Positions 45,441-53,657 of a stretch of DNA of 53,657 nt are shown one piece after another (position 1 is the first letter of the stretch; every line of letters starts with the position of its first letter). This DNA is from an uncultured Candidatus Saccharibacteria bacterium. GTDB taxonomy: Bacteria; Patescibacteriota; Saccharimonadia; Saccharimonadales; UBA4665. The stretch lies in the NCBI GenBank assembly GCA_964493045.1, contig CAZBLZ010000004.1:1605-55261 (forward strand), written 5' to 3'. The notes under the pieces were generated by a model. That model had not been told where the DNA came from and searched no databases. It worked only from the letters and a program-made list of their open reading frames with translations. The translations under genes and the position numbers were made by a program.

Positions 45441-46664
45441 ATGCAAATAAAACAGGTTTGGAGTCAGCTGCGTACTAAGCGCGTAGCATATGGCGTTGGT
45501 ATTACGGCAGGAGTGTTGGTAGTTTTTATATTAGGAGTCTTAACGGGCGATGGACGTCTGCGCATCATACCTACGGGCGAATTCAGCAATGTTACGGGCC
45601 TACCAAACTCGCTTGATTATATGAGTGTTAACCAATTGTATGACACGATTAGGGGCAATTATGACGGCAAGCTGACTGAGTCACAGATGCTGGACGGTAT
45701 CAAACATGGCTTAGCTGAAGCTGCTAATGATCCATATACCGTATACTTTACCCCTAAGGAAGCTAAGGCCTTCAATGGTGAGCTGCAGGGGATTAGCTTG
45801 ACTGGCATTGGCGCAGAACTAGACCAGGATGCGGACGGCAACGTTGTCGTTATGTCACCTATCGATGGTTCTCCTGCGGCTAACGCAGGTGTGCTTGCAA
45901 AAGACATCATTGCCACAATTAACGGCCAGAGTACCAGTGGTATGACCGTTAATGATGCTGTTAATAAAATTCGAGGGCCAAAGGGGAGTAAAGTTACGCT
46001 TGGGATACTACGTGGTGGTACCCAACAACTCACATTCACGATTACTCGCAATACAATCAGTGTTCCAACAGCTACCTCGAAGATCTTAGATGACAATATT
46101 GGCTACCTACAAGTAAGTCAGTTTAGTGACGATACCTATGGTCTAGTGCAGAAGGCTGTCAGTACATTCCAACAACACGGCGTTAAGAAAATCGTACTAG
46201 ACCTACGTGATGATCCGGGCGGGGAAGTTGATACGGCTCAAAATATTGCCAGTTTATGGTTACCTCAAGACAAACTGATCATGCAGGAGAAGCGAGGAAG
46301 TACGGTAGTAGACAGTTATCGCTCAACCGGTAGTGATCCACTAAAAGGCATGCCAACAGTTGTGCTCGTGAACAGTGGCTCGGCATCTGCGTCAGAGATT
46401 ACTGCTCTCGCGCTTCGTGACAATAAAGCGGCCACGATTATTGGAGAAAAGAGCTACGGTAAGGGTGTTGTACAATCAGTCATTCCGTTTAGTGACGGCA
46501 GTGAGCTTAAAGTAACGATTGCAAAATGGTACAGTCCGAATGGAACCAGTATCAATAAGAAGGGGATTACGCCAGATCAGGTGGTTTCTCTAAGTGACGC
46601 AGACGCTAAAGCCGGTACAGATACCCAACTAAATGCTGCGCTTAGCTATTTACAGACAAAATAA
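45441..46664 (+). CDS. ctp: S41 carboxy-terminal processing peptidase with a PDZ domain
   Basis: TM anchor, PDZ domain (SPIDGSPAANAGVLAKDIIATING), Ser box NSGSASASEI and Lys box GEKSYGKGVVQ. The start is uncertain (ATG 45441 or GTG 45420). Confidence 0.85.
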   Translation: MQIKQVWSQLRTKRVAYGVGITAGVLVVFILGVLTGDGRLRIIPTGEFSNVTGLPNSLDYMSVNQLYDTIRGNYDGKLTESQMLDGIKHGLAEAANDPYTVYFTPKEAKAFNGELQGISLTGIGAELDQDADGNVVVMSPIDGSPAANAGVLAKDIIATINGQSTSGMTVNDAVNKIRGPKGSKVTLGILRGGTQQLTFTITRNTISVPTATSKILDDNIGYLQVSQFSDDTYGLVQKAVSTFQQHGVKKIVLDLRDDPGGEVDTAQNIASLWLPQDKLIMQEKRGSTVVDSYRSTGSDPLKGMPTVVLVNSGSASASEITALALRDNKAATIIGEKSYGKGVVQSVIPFSDGSELKVTIAKWYSPNGTSINKKGITPDQVVSLSDADAKAGTDTQLNAALSYLQTK

Positions 46665-46726
46665 CGCTTGCGCACCGCAACGTAACCAGGTAGTATTTGA
46701 GTAAAGTGTAAGTGAGGTTAAAAATT

Positions 46727-48337
46727 GTGGCGAACAAACCTACTAAGTTCGTGTTTGTAACGGGTGGTGTCTTATCTGGACTAGGAAAAGGCATTACCGC
46801 TGCTTCGATTGGCCACCTCTTAAAAGCTCGTGGCCTTTCTGTTAATTTGCAGAAATGCGATCCGTATCTAAATGTTGATGCTGGTACGCTTAATCCACGC
46901 GAGCATGGAGAGTGCTTTGTTACCAAAGATGGGGCCGAAACCGACCTCGATCTCGGTCACTATGAGCGTTTCCTAGACCAAGAGCTCACCCAATCGAGTA
47001 GTGTTATGGCAGGGCGGATTATAAACCGTGTCCTTGACGGGGAACGTTCAGGTAAATATGCCGGCCAAACCGTGCAATACATCCCGCATGTTACGCAGGA
47101 ATTCCAAAAAGAAATCATTGCTGCTAGCGAAGGGTTTGATGTACATATCGTAGAGATTGGTGGAACCGTAGGTGATTACGAAAGCCTAGCCCTTATCGAA
47201 GCAATTCGAGAGTTGGCTCTACAAGTTGGCCGAGAAAATTGTTTATTTGTACATGTGGTCTATTTGCCGTACTTAGGCGCAAGCCATGAGATTAAAACAA
47301 AGCCTGCTCAGAACGCGGTGCGTGAACTCCGTGGCTTTGGGATAATGCCCGACGTGTTGGTGGCTCGTAGTGAACAACCAGCGCCCGAGAGTGTCATTCG
47401 CAAGCTTAGTACCTTCTCAGGCATACCAGAAGCAGCTGTTGCATTGCTTCCAAATGCGCCAAGCATTTATGAAGTACCACTGACACTTGAGGATACTGGT
47501 ATTGCAGACGTTATTTGTGATCGTCTGAAGCTTCATCACGAAAAACCTCAACTGACAGAGTGGCGTGCCATGGTACAGAAAGCGACTCATAAATATGGTC
47601 GCACAGTGACAGTTGGTGTTGTTGCTAAATATTTGGATAACGCAGATACGTACATGTCTGTGTTTGAAGCACTTAGGTCTGCAGGCTGGGAAAACGATGT
47701 AGCTGTCGACATTAAATGGGTAGATGCGGAAAAGCTCGAAAACGTTCCTGCATCGGAAGTTGCGAAGCTACTCAATGCGGTTGACGGGATTGTAGTACCG
47801 GGCGGCTTCGGTAGCCGTGGCGTAGAGGGCAAAATCGTTGCCGCTCAATATGCTCTAGAACACAAGAAACCTTACCTTGGCTTATGCTACGGTCTCCATA
47901 TGATGGTTATTGCGGCAGCGCGTGCTCACGGTCTCGACGGGGCAAACACGGCTGAGGTTGATCCTAATACTCCGCATCCAGTTATAGCGACTATGAATGG
48001 ACAAGAGGGTAAAGAGAACACTGGCGGGACAATGCGCCTAGGGGATTATGCATGTCATTTCACGGAAGGTAGTATGGCCGCAAAGTTGTATGGCACTCAA
48101 GACATACTTGAGCGTCATCGTCATCGCTATGAAGCTACGGCTAAGTATGTGTCGAATTATGAGTCATGGGGCATCCGAGCGAGCGGTATCAACCCTGATA
48201 ACGGCTTAGTAGAGGTAATCGAGGGTATAGACCATCCGTTCTTGCTCGCAAGCCAGTATCACCCAGAATTCAAGAGTCGTCCAGAACGTGCTCATCCGAT
48301 GTTCCGTGGCTTCATTGCAGCTCTCGCTAATAAGTAA
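46727..48337 (+). CDS. pyrG: CTP synthase
   Basis: KFVFVTGGVLSGLGKG N-terminus and a glutamine amidotransferase domain (GLCYGLHMM; HRHRYE). The GTG at 46727 has GAGG 9 nt upstream (the ORF opens at 46712). Confidence 0.95.
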   Translation: MANKPTKFVFVTGGVLSGLGKGITAASIGHLLKARGLSVNLQKCDPYLNVDAGTLNPREHGECFVTKDGAETDLDLGHYERFLDQELTQSSSVMAGRIINRVLDGERSGKYAGQTVQYIPHVTQEFQKEIIAASEGFDVHIVEIGGTVGDYESLALIEAIRELALQVGRENCLFVHVVYLPYLGASHEIKTKPAQNAVRELRGFGIMPDVLVARSEQPAPESVIRKLSTFSGIPEAAVALLPNAPSIYEVPLTLEDTGIADVICDRLKLHHEKPQLTEWRAMVQKATHKYGRTVTVGVVAKYLDNADTYMSVFEALRSAGWENDVAVDIKWVDAEKLENVPASEVAKLLNAVDGIVVPGGFGSRGVEGKIVAAQYALEHKKPYLGLCYGLHMMVIAAARAHGLDGANTAEVDPNTPHPVIATMNGQEGKENTGGTMRLGDYACHFTEGSMAAKLYGTQDILERHRHRYEATAKYVSNYESWGIRASGINPDNGLVEVIEGIDHPFLLASQYHPEFKSRPERAHPMFRGFIAALANK

Positions 48338-48403
48338 TTTGACTTATAATAATCCCAGTGCAGCATATTGCTTATTGTTTTGCGCTCAGGTAGTATAAAG
48401 CGT

Positions 48404-48793
48404 ATGAGCGACGAAACAAACGGCAAAAAGATCCTTCTCGTCGAAGATGACGATGCATTAGCAAACGTTTATATGATGCGCCTTCGCGCTGAAGGCTTTG
48501 ACATTAAGCGTGTCGCCAACGGTGAAGATGCGCTGGCAGCTGCCAAAGAACACCGACCTGATCTCGTACTACTTGATGCTATGATGCCGAAGGTGAGTGG
48601 TTTTGATGTGCTTGATATCTTGCGCAACACTACCGAAACTGCCAACCTAAAGATCATTATGCTAACGGCACTTAGCCAGGATACTGATAAGCAGCGTGCA
48701 CAGGGTCTAGGAGTCGATGATTACCTGGTGAAATCGCAAGTCGTTATTAGCGACGTGGTTGATCGCATCAAATTCCACCTAGGGATGCAGTAG
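48404..48793 (+). CDS. Stand-alone response-regulator receiver domain protein (CheY-like)
   Basis: KILLVEDDD, DLVLLDAMMP and DDYLVKS motifs with no output domain. I chose the ATG at 48404. Confidence 0.8.
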   Translation: MSDETNGKKILLVEDDDALANVYMMRLRAEGFDIKRVANGEDALAAAKEHRPDLVLLDAMMPKVSGFDVLDILRNTTETANLKIIMLTALSQDTDKQRAQGLGVDDYLVKSQVVISDVVDRIKFHLGMQ

Positions 48794-48808
48794 TATCAAC
48801 TAAAGTAT

Positions 48809-48836
48809 AAAAGCTCCCGCGACAGGGAGCTTTTTT
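48809..48836 (+). terminator. Rho-independent terminator after the receiver gene
   Basis: Arms aaaagctccc and gggagctttt with loop gcgaca, followed by a T run. Confidence 0.8.
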
Positions 48837-48874
48837 AATTGTGGGCTTTGGGTCTGTGTAGTAGTTAAGTTATA

Positions 48875-48901
48875 AAAATACCCCTACGAGAGGGGTATTT
48901 T
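48875..48901 (-). terminator. Rho-independent terminator downstream of rpmA
   Basis: Arms aaaatacccct and aggggtatttt with loop acgag. Confidence 0.7.
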
Positions 48902-48921
48902 GTTGGCCTTTAGGAGAAAGA

Positions 48922-49215
48922 CTATTTTTCTACTGTTTCAGCATCAACAACAGTAACTTCAGTTCGGCGAACTGAGCGACCACTGAAAGTACGGACTTTG
49001 CGGCTAGCCATTTTAACGATACCATCACGGGTTGCGTGAATAGTGAAGTTGCGGCTCATGGTAGCACCAACGCCAGGGCGCTTAGTCATACCAACTTGGC
49101 GGACAATAACCTGACCAGTCTTAACTTTTTGACCACCAAAAAGCTTCACGCCTAGGCGCTGACCGGGTGAGTCGCGGGTGTTTTTGGCTGTACCGCCGGC
49201 TTTCACATGTGACAT
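48922..49215 (-). CDS. rpmA: 50S ribosomal protein L27
   Basis: MSHVKAGGTAKNTRDSPGQRLGVKLFGGQ. Confidence 0.9.
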   Translation of the reverse strand: MSHVKAGGTAKNTRDSPGQRLGVKLFGGQKVKTGQVIVRQVGMTKRPGVGATMSRNFTIHATRDGIVKMASRKVRTFSGRSVRRTEVTVVDAETVEK

Positions 49216-49273
49216 ATAATCTCCTTAAGTCCAACCTGTTACGATCGGGCTACCTTAGAAAAAGGTGAATCTC

Positions 49274-50497
49274 TTATTGCTTTATTAAAACGAGCAGCTC
49301 GCGAGCTGTGAATTGGTCTTCTCGGTAGTAGAGAAGCTCTGCGTCCCGAACGTGCTCAAATCTGGTACGATTATAGCCCAAATCTTCAATCTGGTCAACA
49401 AGAGGAAGGTGCTTAAACTCATGTGGTCGTGTTTGCCATGCGGGTACGGCTAGACAGAGGCGTGTACCGGAGGGAATCTGAGGGCTCAAGTTTTGCAAAA
49501 AGCGCTTCAAAATAAGGTTCACTTCACTAATAGTCTGCGCGATCATTTCGGAAGACGGTTGCTCGGTAAATGGGCGTCCTAAGTAAGTCTCGCCAGCTAT
49601 AAAGGTAGGGACTGGTTTCCAAGTGTGGTTTGTGGCATCGCCGGTCTCGATCTTGTAGTAATCAGTGTCTTCATCTGGAAGGTTAATAGGATTGTCTCGG
49701 AGGGTGAGTAACCATTTGAGGTTTTTCTCCGTGTATTGGATCATACGAGGTTCTAGATCCGTTCCGTACACACCGAAGCCCATAAGTGCTGCTTCCTGTA
49801 GAACGACGCCCGTACCGCAGAAAGGGTCGAGAATGACGGCATCCTGTGAAGGCCTGGTATCTCGAGTAGTTAGATTGATAATAATTTGAGCAAGCTTTGG
49901 TGGTAGCATACCAACCCGAGCGTCACGCATAGGTCGACCACGATCACGCATAGTGTAGCTATCGATGTCTTGTACTGCAGTAGTATGAGCGAGCAGGGTA
50001 GTGCCGCGACTGGTCGCGATTACTAACATTTCAACACCAGTGGGGCCGGTGAGTTGATTGTGAAGTACTTGAGCGGTGTTGAGCTCTAGTTCAGGGTTTG
50101 GAACTAAGCGGACTGAACGGCTTGTCTTCGCTCGGAGGATTTTCTTGAGTGTAAGTCCACTGGCGTTGAGTTTAGCTGGCGTTACAGGGATACCGAACGT
50201 ACTAAGACCGATACGTAGTTTACCTTCAGGCATATCTGTGGCAAGTGCGGCAATACTCTTTGCTAGTTGCTTTTCAACATCTTTCCAGAGCTTACTAGGT
50301 ACTTCGGCTACAACTTCTGCTACGCGCGTACTGCCACCGAGTCGCTTAAAATCAACTTGTGAAGCGGGTAGGGTGAGGCCAGCAATCTGATCGCTAATAA
50401 GAGAGACTGCTGTCGAAGTGTAGAGACTTTCAAGCTCAGCAAGCCCTAAAGCGGGTTGCCGACCTAAAACGCAGACAGATAAAAAAGTGCCGTTCAT
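49274..50497 (-). CDS. THUMP-like / UPF0020-type SAM-dependent RNA methyltransferase (putative)
   Basis: ILDPFCGTGVVLQEAALMG SAM-binding motif in the C-terminal half, with an N-terminal domain of THUMP-like size. Confidence 0.55.
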   Translation of the reverse strand: MNGTFLSVCVLGRQPALGLAELESLYTSTAVSLISDQIAGLTLPASQVDFKRLGGSTRVAEVVAEVPSKLWKDVEKQLAKSIAALATDMPEGKLRIGLSTFGIPVTPAKLNASGLTLKKILRAKTSRSVRLVPNPELELNTAQVLHNQLTGPTGVEMLVIATSRGTTLLAHTTAVQDIDSYTMRDRGRPMRDARVGMLPPKLAQIIINLTTRDTRPSQDAVILDPFCGTGVVLQEAALMGFGVYGTDLEPRMIQYTEKNLKWLLTLRDNPINLPDEDTDYYKIETGDATNHTWKPVPTFIAGETYLGRPFTEQPSSEMIAQTISEVNLILKRFLQNLSPQIPSGTRLCLAVPAWQTRPHEFKHLPLVDQIEDLGYNRTRFEHVRDAELLYYREDQFTARELLVLIKQ

Positions 50498-50572
50498 GTT
50501 AAGCTATAATAACAGATATGCTTGAACTCTTATATACAGCTAGGCTTCTAGCCTTGAAAGTGGTGATCTAAA

Positions 50573-51634
50573 ATGCGTGCTCGATTGTCTGCTTTTCTAC
50601 GCCATCGATGGAAAGTAGTTGTTAATGTACTGACTTTTTTGGCATTGGTTACGCTCATAGTCGCAAGTCGACATCAACTAGCTCAAACGTTTGATAACTT
50701 GTTTAAAGTGCATGCCTGGGCACTGCTACTCATAATCCCGGTTGAATATTTAAACTACGATGCCCAAGCGCGTTTATATAAAGGGCTGTTTGCTGTGGCG
50801 GGTAATAAGCTAGAGTATTGGCCAATGTTTAAATCGTCACTTGAATTGAACTTCGTGAACAATGTGTTCCCTAGTGGTGGTGTGACTGGGATTTCGTACT
50901 TCGGAATGCGTCTTCGTGATAAGGAGATTACTGGCGCAAAAGCTACTGTAGTGCAATTACTGAAATTAGTACTCTTATTTTTGAGCTTTGAGATATTGAT
51001 TGTATTAGGTCTGTTCTTTCTGGCCATAGAAGGACACATGAACAGTATTATTCTGCTGGTTGCGGGTAGTCTGACGACACTGTTGGTTGTTGGGACTGCC
51101 GGATTCGCCTTTGTGATTGGTAGTAAGAAACGGATTGCAGGATTCTTTTCAGGTGCTACGCGACTATTGAATCGCCTTATTCATGTAGTGAGGCCGGGCA
51201 ACCACGAAACAATCAACGTGGAGCGGGCACGGACATTGTTTGAAGATCTGCACGAGAACTACGTCTTAGTAAGTAAGGACTGGCGATTGTTGAAGTGGCC
51301 GTTTATCTGGGCATTGATGGCTAATCTGTGGGAAGTATTAGCAGTGTATGTAGTGTATATAGCCTTCGGACATTGGGTTAACCTAGGTGCGGTGATCATT
51401 GCATACGCGGTAGCCAACTTTGCGGGTCTGGTGAGTATTTTACCGGGTGGGATTGGTATCTATGAAGGTCTTATGACACTAGTACTGGCGGCAAGTGGTA
51501 TTCCGTCTGGTGTTAGTCTACCGGTGACTGTCATGTACCGCGTGGTGAACATGCTCGTACAACTGCCACCGGGTTACGTGCTATATCACCGTGCACTACA
51601 CAGTGACACCAGGGCCAAGCCAGAGGTCTCATAG
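50573..51634 (+). CDS. UPF0104 / lysylphosphatidylglycerol-synthase-TM-region-like flippase-type membrane protein
   Basis: Polytopic membrane protein with the family-typical LPGGIGIYEGLM motif. Confidence 0.6.
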   Translation: MRARLSAFLRHRWKVVVNVLTFLALVTLIVASRHQLAQTFDNLFKVHAWALLLIIPVEYLNYDAQARLYKGLFAVAGNKLEYWPMFKSSLELNFVNNVFPSGGVTGISYFGMRLRDKEITGAKATVVQLLKLVLLFLSFEILIVLGLFFLAIEGHMNSIILLVAGSLTTLLVVGTAGFAFVIGSKKRIAGFFSGATRLLNRLIHVVRPGNHETINVERARTLFEDLHENYVLVSKDWRLLKWPFIWALMANLWEVLAVYVVYIAFGHWVNLGAVIIAYAVANFAGLVSILPGGIGIYEGLMTLVLAASGIPSGVSLPVTVMYRVVNMLVQLPPGYVLYHRALHSDTRAKPEVS

Positions 51635-52756
51635 ATGGATGAGCGCATGATACTTACAGTAAGCGACTTCGTGGCGCTTCTGAATCAGACGTTGGAAATT
51701 GCATACCCGTTCGTGACCATTGAAGGTGAGCTGAGTAACTTTAAAGTGAGTCGCAATCGTTGGGTGTATTTTGATCTGAAAGACGAGTCGGCGAGCGTAC
51801 GATTTTTTGGTACTGTCTATGCGTTACCCGGACCTCTTGAGGATGGTATTCGTGTACGCGTATCAGGTAATCCGCGGTTGCACTCACAGTATGGTTTTAG
51901 TGTGAGCGTGCAGTCGATCACACCAATTGGCGAAGGCTCACTAAAACGAGCAGCCAACTTACTTGAAGTAAAACTTGCCGCCGAGGGATTGTTTGCGCCG
52001 GAACGTAAACGACTACTACCATATCCGCCACAGCGAATTGCCTTAGTGACCGCGGGTAACTCTGCGGCATACGCTGACTTCATGAAGGTTTTAAATGTAC
52101 GCTGGCGCGGTGCAACGGTTGATCACTACGAAGTACAGGTTCAAGGTGAACCGGCACCAGCTCAAATCGCTGCAGCGATTACGACAGCAAATGCCAATGC
52201 CGTACCATACGATGTGTTAGTACTGACACGAGGCGGTGGAAGTGCGGACGATTTAGCTGCATTTAACACAGAAGTCGTAGTACGAGCGGTTGCGACTAGT
52301 CGCGTGCCGACGCTTGTGGCAATTGGCCACGAAATTGACACCAGCCTTGCTGAATTGGCCGCTGATAAGCGCGCGAGTACGCCGACCAATGCGGCTGAAC
52401 TATTGGCGCCAGATCGAATGGTAGAGCTTAAGCATCTGCACGAAAAGCGAATTGCCCTAGATACGGTACTACTAAGGCTAGTGGCGGATCGTAGGGCGCA
52501 TATAGTTCGTCAGCAAGTAGAGCTTAACCATGCCTTAAACAGCACGTATGAAAGGGCTCAGGCTAAGCTTAGAGCTGCGCGGCAGTTATTGGCGGCGTAT
52601 GATCCTCGGTCGGCACTGAAACGTGGCTATGCTCTCGTGCGTGCTGGTGATGTGGTCATGACTAGCGTAAACCAGTTGTCCGCAGGGACTGAGGTGAAAA
52701 TACAGTTGAAGGACGGTATAGCGACTGCTACCATAATTACAAAGGAGCAAAACTAA
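51635..52756 (+). CDS. xseA: Exodeoxyribonuclease VII large subunit
   Basis: N-terminal OB fold (LTVSDFVALLNQTLE...VTIEGELSNFK...WVYFDLKD), the catalytic region (TRGGGSADDL; GHEIDTSLAE) and an adjacent xseB. Confidence 0.9.
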   Translation: MDERMILTVSDFVALLNQTLEIAYPFVTIEGELSNFKVSRNRWVYFDLKDESASVRFFGTVYALPGPLEDGIRVRVSGNPRLHSQYGFSVSVQSITPIGEGSLKRAANLLEVKLAAEGLFAPERKRLLPYPPQRIALVTAGNSAAYADFMKVLNVRWRGATVDHYEVQVQGEPAPAQIAAAITTANANAVPYDVLVLTRGGGSADDLAAFNTEVVVRAVATSRVPTLVAIGHEIDTSLAELAADKRASTPTNAAELLAPDRMVELKHLHEKRIALDTVLLRLVADRRAHIVRQQVELNHALNSTYERAQAKLRAARQLLAAYDPRSALKRGYALVRAGDVVMTSVNQLSAGTEVKIQLKDGIATATIITKEQN

Positions 52757-52953
52757 TGGCATCTAAGCCGAAACTATTTGATTATCGTGCTAAAAGCACG
52801 GAACTGGACGAAATAATTGCAGGATTACAAAATCCTGAAGTTCAAGTTGATGAGGCTACAAAGCTACATGCTGCTGGTTTAAAATTGGTTGGCGAGATTG
52901 AGGAGTATCTCAGTCAGGCTGAAATTGAAGTAAAACGACATTTGGCGGAATAG
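52756..52953 (+). CDS. xseB: Exodeoxyribonuclease VII small subunit
   Basis: A 65-aa helical protein that overlaps the xseA stop codon (TAATG). Confidence 0.8.
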   Translation: MASKPKLFDYRAKSTELDEIIAGLQNPEVQVDEATKLHAAGLKLVGEIEEYLSQAEIEVKRHLAE

Positions 52954-52958
52954 AGATC

Positions 52959-53435
52959 ATGATCTATTTTTTTATTGTCGTTTTCGTGCTGATTTTGACC
53001 TTTGGTGGCGTAATCTTGCGTGGGGCACCATACTTGCCGACACTCGACGCTCAAGCCCAAGCAGCACTTGATTTATTACAGTTAAAACCAGGCCAAACTT
53101 TACTTGAACTCGGTAGCGGAGACGGCAAGGTGTTAGTAGCAGCCGCCCAAGCAGGACTCAATGTAGTTGGCGTAGAACTTAACCCATTCTTGGTGATTGT
53201 TTCATGGCTGCGGACACGACGTTATCGGAAACAGGTACGGATTATTTGGGGTGATTTCTGGCTTGTTGAGTGGCCCGAATGCGATGCGGTGTTCGCTTTT
53301 TTACTAAAGCAGTTCATGCCAAAGCTAGATAAGCGTATGCAGGTTATCAAGAAACCACTGGTTAGTTTTGCTTTTCAGATTCCGAACCGTAAAACTGACG
53401 CTGAAAAAGCAGGGGTATTTCTGTATGACTATTAA
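52959..53435 (+). CDS. Small class I SAM-dependent methyltransferase with an N-terminal TM helix
   Basis: Motif I LLELGSGDGKVLVAAA followed by VGVELNP. Confidence 0.6.
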   Translation: MIYFFIVVFVLILTFGGVILRGAPYLPTLDAQAQAALDLLQLKPGQTLLELGSGDGKVLVAAAQAGLNVVGVELNPFLVIVSWLRTRRYRKQVRIIWGDFWLVEWPECDAVFAFLLKQFMPKLDKRMQVIKKPLVSFAFQIPNRKTDAEKAGVFLYDY

Positions 53436-53472
53436 ATTGAAAAACAGTCGCGCTTCGGGTACCATAAGCAAT

Positions 53473-53657
53473 ATGAAACACGTGCATGATGAACGGGGTA
53501 GTGTAAATGGCCTGCTCATATCGGTAATTTTGCTAGGCGTATTATTCGTGGGTGCAGGGAGCTTTGCAGCCTGGGCTTTTACAAGCCGCCAGGACTACAA
53601 GAACAACAGTGACGCTAAGGCTGCAGTAGCGGTAGCTGCTAACAAACAGAAAGTTCA
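53473..53657 (+). CDS. Partial ORF running off the 3' window edge; N-terminal TM anchor; function unknown
   Basis: MKHVHDERGSVNGLLISVILLGVLFVGAGSFAAWAF..., open to the end of the window and not in the ORF track. A TTG at 53437 is in the same frame. Confidence 0.4.
   Translation, partial: MKHVHDERGSVNGLLISVILLGVLFVGAGSFAAWAFTSRQDYKNNSDAKAAVAVAANKQKV

Noticed and set aside
1-53657. CRISPR arrays, transposases or integrases, prophage genes, rRNA and tRNA genes, and alternative genetic code 25
   Set aside because: No regularly spaced direct repeats, recombinase motifs or cloverleaf candidates were found. The longest intergenic gap is 485 nt. RF2 is present and TGA terminates ORFs cleanly.

Overview
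This 53.7 kb window comes from a small-genome bacterium with a Gram-positive-type envelope. No rRNA, tRNA, CRISPR array, transposase or integrase was recognised. Most of it is densely packed housekeeping genes. These cover chromosome partitioning (parA, parB) and translation (prfA, prmC, rpmE, rpsB, tsf, frr, proS, class I lysS, serS, hpf, prfB, rpmA). They also cover secretion and proteolysis (lepB, htrA-like, rseP, a CPBP protease, secA, an M16 peptidase, ctp) and division and cell wall functions (an LCP protein, ftsE, ftsX, a coiled-coil CHAP hydrolase, a FemAB-family gene). Also present are pyrG, xseA and xseB.

Several traits suggest Patescibacteria/CPR, most plausibly Saccharibacteria (TM7). 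These are a class I LysRS, a ProRS without an editing insertion, an rpsB-tsf-frr cluster lacking pyrH, uppS and cdsA, an LPXTG surface protein, and GC in the mid-40s percent. This assignment is inference, not proof. RF1 and RF2 are both present and ORFs end in TGA, so the standard code 11 applies.

Two stretches are not housekeeping.

- **28.97-34.46 kb:** a monocistronic gene for a small, probably disordered protein, then a Cas4-like PD-(D/E)xK nuclease. Convergent with these is a tightly translationally coupled four-gene operon of two duplicated pairs (B2-A2-B1-A1). All four proteins are uncharacterised paralogs with protein-kinase-like motifs. This is my best candidate for an undescribed system.
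- **13.8-14.9 kb:** a roughly 750 bp island of about 60% GC, with very high third-position GC, encoding a lipoprotein with a Tat-like signal. It sits exactly where pyrH normally lies between tsf and frr. Next to it is a self-contained unit of promoter, 33-codon small ORF and terminator.

Other points worth a second look:
- an MsrA whose catalytic Cys codon reads Arg
- a possible uORF and alternative-hairpin leader upstream of secA
- a SecA without the C-terminal zinc finger
- an ftsEX plus PcsB-like hydrolase module
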